From: Candidatus Contendobacter sp.
GTDB taxonomy: Bacteria; Pseudomonadota; Gammaproteobacteria; Competibacterales; Competibacteraceae
Assembly (NCBI GenBank): GCA_029624675.1
Contig: JARSSP010000044.1
Location: 176,897 to 208,896 of the forward strand
Length of the DNA: 32,000 bases
Direction of reading: 5' to 3'
Shown here: positions 29,633 to 32,000 of the stretch, one piece after another
How positions within the stretch are numbered: the first letter of the stretch is position 1
Layout of the letters: the number at the start of each line of letters is the position of its first letter
The notes under the pieces: model-generated
What the model saw: the letters and a program-made list of their open reading frames with translations, nothing else
Databases searched by the model: none
What the model was told of the DNA's origin: nothing
Made by a program: the position numbers and the translations under genes

Positions 29633-29660
29633 CTTGAAATCCCGCCGCTTGTCCACATAT
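29633..29660 (+). promoter_or_regulatory. sigma32 (RpoH)-type heat-shock promoter for htpG
   Basis: CTTGAAA-13 nt-CCACATAT, about 45 nt upstream of the htpG ATG. htpG is a classical sigma32 regulon member. Confidence 0.7.
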
Positions 29661-29703
29661 CGGACTCCAATTCCCGAATTCACCCATCAGGAGTCCATCA
29701 CCC

Positions 29704-31608
29704 ATGACCGTCGAAGCTCACAAGGAAACCCTTGGTTTTCAGGCCGAAGTGCAACAGTTGCTGCGCCTGGTCGCGCATTCCCTATACTCCCACAAGGAAG
29801 TCTTCCTCCGCGAACTGATTTCCAACGCCTCCGACGCCTGCGACAAGCTGCGCTTCGAGGCCCTGACCGACAGCGCCTTGTACGAAACCGATCCCGAGCT
29901 GAAAATCCGGGTCAGTTTCGACAAGGACGCCCGCACCATCACCGTCGCCGACAACGGCATCGGCATGGACCGGCAGGAAGTCATCGACAACATCGGCACC
30001 ATCGCCCGTTCCGGCACCCGCCAGTTCATGCAAAAGCTGACCGGCGATCAGGCCAAGGACGCCCACCTGATCGGTCAGTTCGGCGTCGGCTTTTATTCCA
30101 GCTTCATCGTCGCCGACAAAGTCGTCCTCTTGACCCGCCGCGCCGGCATGGGCGCGGAACACGGCGTCCGCTGGGAGTCCAACGGCGAGGGCGAATACAC
30201 GCTGGAAACGGTCGACAAGCCCACGCGCGGCACCGAGGTCATCCTGCACTTGCGCGAGGATGAAACCGATTTACTCACCGAATGGCAGTTGCGCTCGATC
30301 ATCACCAAGTATTCCGATCACATTACCCTGCCGGTGATCATGCCGGTGCAGAAATACAGCGAGGACAAGGACGCGCCGCCGAAAATCGAGGACGAGCGGA
30401 TCAATCAGGCGGCGGCGCTGTGGGCGCGGCCCAAGCAGGACATCAAGGAAGAGGAATACAAGGAGTTTTACAAGCATGTCGGCCACGATTTCGAAGACCC
30501 ACTGGCCTGGACCCACAACCGGGTCGAGGGCAAGCTGGAATACACTTCGTTGCTGTTCTTGCCGGGCCGCGCGCCCTTCGACCTGTGGGATCGCGAGCAG
30601 CGCCACGGCGTCAAGCTGTACGTGCAGCGCGTCTTTATCATGGACGACGCCGAACACCTGATGCCGCGCTACCTGCGCTTCGTGCGCGGGGTGATCGACT
30701 CGAACGACCTGCCGCTGAACATCTCCCGCGAAATCCTGCAAAGCAGCAAGGTGGTGGACGGCATCCGGGCCGGTTCGGTCAAGAAGGTGCTGGGCCTGCT
30801 GGAAGACATGGCCGCGAACGACGCCGAGAAGTACGGCAAATTTTGGAAAGAGTTCGGCCGGGTGCTGAAGGAAGGGCCGGCGGAAGATCACGGCAACCGC
30901 GAGCAGATCGCCAAGCTGTTGCGCTTCGCGTCCACTCACACAGACGGCGCCGAACAGACTGTTTCGCTGGCCGACTACATCGGGCGGATGAAGGAAGGGC
31001 AGGACAAGATCTACTACATTGTCGGCGACAGCTTTGCCGCCGCCAAGAACAGCCCGCATCTGGAAGTCTTCCGCAAAAAGGGCTTAGAGGTGCTGTTATT
31101 GAGTGATCGGGTGGACGAATGGCTGATGTCGCACCTGACCGAGTTTGAGGGCAAGCAGTTCCAGTCGGTGGCCAAGGGCGCGCTGGACCTGGACAAGATC
31201 GCCTCGGAAGAGGAAAAGCAGGAGCAAAAACAGGCTGAGGACCAGTTCAAGGATTTGCTGGCGCGAGTCAAGGAAGTGCTGGGCGACAAGGTCAAGGAAG
31301 TGCGGATTTCCTCGCGGCTGACCGATTCACCGGCCTGTCTGGTGGTGGATGAATACGCCCTCAGCGCCCACCTGGAGCGGCTGTTGCGCGACGCCGGCCA
31401 GAGCGTGCCGGCGAGTAAGCCGTATCTGGAATTGAACCCTACCCACTCACTGATTACGCGCCTTAAAGAGGAGCCGGACGCTGGCCGATTCAGCGACTGG
31501 ACTCATCTGTTGTTCGAGCAGGCGGTATTGGCCGAGGGTGGGCAACTGGAAGATCCGGCCAGTTTTGTAAAACGATTGAATGGATTGTTACTGGCGCTGG
31601 GACGCTGA
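29704..31608 (+). CDS. htpG: molecular chaperone HtpG (Hsp90)
   Basis: ORF 29704-31608(+) has [39 protein letters not shown] and GQFGVGFYS. Confidence 0.97.
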   Translation: MTVEAHKETLGFQAEVQQLLRLVAHSLYSHKEVFLRELISNASDACDKLRFEALTDSALYETDPELKIRVSFDKDARTITVADNGIGMDRQEVIDNIGTIARSGTRQFMQKLTGDQAKDAHLIGQFGVGFYSSFIVADKVVLLTRRAGMGAEHGVRWESNGEGEYTLETVDKPTRGTEVILHLREDETDLLTEWQLRSIITKYSDHITLPVIMPVQKYSEDKDAPPKIEDERINQAAALWARPKQDIKEEEYKEFYKHVGHDFEDPLAWTHNRVEGKLEYTSLLFLPGRAPFDLWDREQRHGVKLYVQRVFIMDDAEHLMPRYLRFVRGVIDSNDLPLNISREILQSSKVVDGIRAGSVKKVLGLLEDMAANDAEKYGKFWKEFGRVLKEGPAEDHGNREQIAKLLRFASTHTDGAEQTVSLADYIGRMKEGQDKIYYIVGDSFAAAKNSPHLEVFRKKGLEVLLLSDRVDEWLMSHLTEFEGKQFQSVAKGALDLDKIASEEEKQEQKQAEDQFKDLLARVKEVLGDKVKEVRISSRLTDSPACLVVDEYALSAHLERLLRDAGQSVPASKPYLELNPTHSLITRLKEEPDAGRFSDWTHLLFEQAVLAEGGQLEDPASFVKRLNGLLLALGR

Positions 31609-31760
31609 TCGATGGAGGGGACGGTGGACGCCAGATCTTTCCCCAGCAGGGACGCGCCGCCCGCCCGTTTACGCCGCTGGCTAAAACCGATGGATTTGCT
31701 AAATTATCGCCGGATTTGCCCAGCTAGCCTGTTTTAACCCACTCCAGGGGGGATGCCCGA

Positions 31761-32000
31761 ATGATGCAGTTGAAGGAAATTCTGAGTAAAAAAGGCGGCC
31801 AACCCGTCACCGTGCCAACCACCGCCACCGTCGCCGACGCTATCCGCGCCATGACCGAGCATAAGGTGGGTTCGGTGATGATCCCGAACGCCGATGGTTC
31901 GCCCGCGGGCATCTTCACTGAGCGCGACGTGCTGAACCTGTGCGCCGAGGGGCGGACCGATTTTGCCAAAATGTCCATTCGACCCTGTATGACCTGCGAC
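31761..32000 (+). CDS. CBS-domain protein (N-terminal part, runs off the window)
   Basis: Absent from the track because no stop lies in the window. An ATG at 31761 follows GGGGGGA. My translation is MMQLKEILSKKGGQPVTVPTTATVADAIRAMTEHKVGSVMIPNADGSPAGIFTERDVLN, a typical CBS-pair opening. The listed 31724-31978(-) ORF is its antisense shadow. Confidence 0.7.
   Translation, partial: MMQLKEILSKKGGQPVTVPTTATVADAIRAMTEHKVGSVMIPNADGSPAGIFTERDVLNLCAEGRTDFAKMSIRPCMTCD

Noticed and set aside
31724-31978. 84-aa minus-strand ORF at the right edge
   Set aside because: It is antisense to a plus-strand frame that begins with an RBS plus ATG at 31761 and reads as a typical CBS-domain N-terminus.

Overview
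The window looks like a GC-rich chromosomal core segment of a gammaproteobacterial type. The evidence is conserved gene strings: pilM-pilN, rhodanese(yibN-like)-grxC-secB-gpsA, DUF971-ubiE-ubiJ-ubiB, hslV-hslU and dapB-carA-carB-greA. I support 34 protein-coding genes, two of them truncated at the window edges, plus one tRNA-Gly(CCC). I also call four rho-independent terminators, two good sigma32-type heat-shock promoters (hslVU, htpG) and a few weaker promoter or leader candidates. Because of the GC content, nearly every real gene is shadowed by long antisense or off-frame ORFs in the supplied track, and I reject those. I see no transposase, integrase, phage genes, CRISPR array, toxin-antitoxin pair or recognisable defence cassette, and no convincing undescribed multi-gene system. 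The items not explained by routine annotation are modest. (1) An ArsR-family regulator and a DUF2892 mini-protein sit in front of the rhodanese-grxC-secB-gpsA string, resembling a split ygaV/ygaP-like module. (2) An orphan secreted Gly/Ala/Ser/Thr-rich protein has atypical codon choice and a perfect palindrome upstream. (3) A DD-carboxypeptidase has its C-terminal domain replaced by a 190-aa basic Ala/Lys/Pro-rich repeat tail. (4) A three-hairpin, terminator-capped segment follows the PEBP gene and could be an sRNA or 3'UTR element. (5) A roughly 390-bp structured noncoding gap lies upstream of a DUF1289-DUF2889 Cys-rich pair. (6) The carA leader is attenuator-like. All functional readings are from motif recognition by eye. 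No searches were run.
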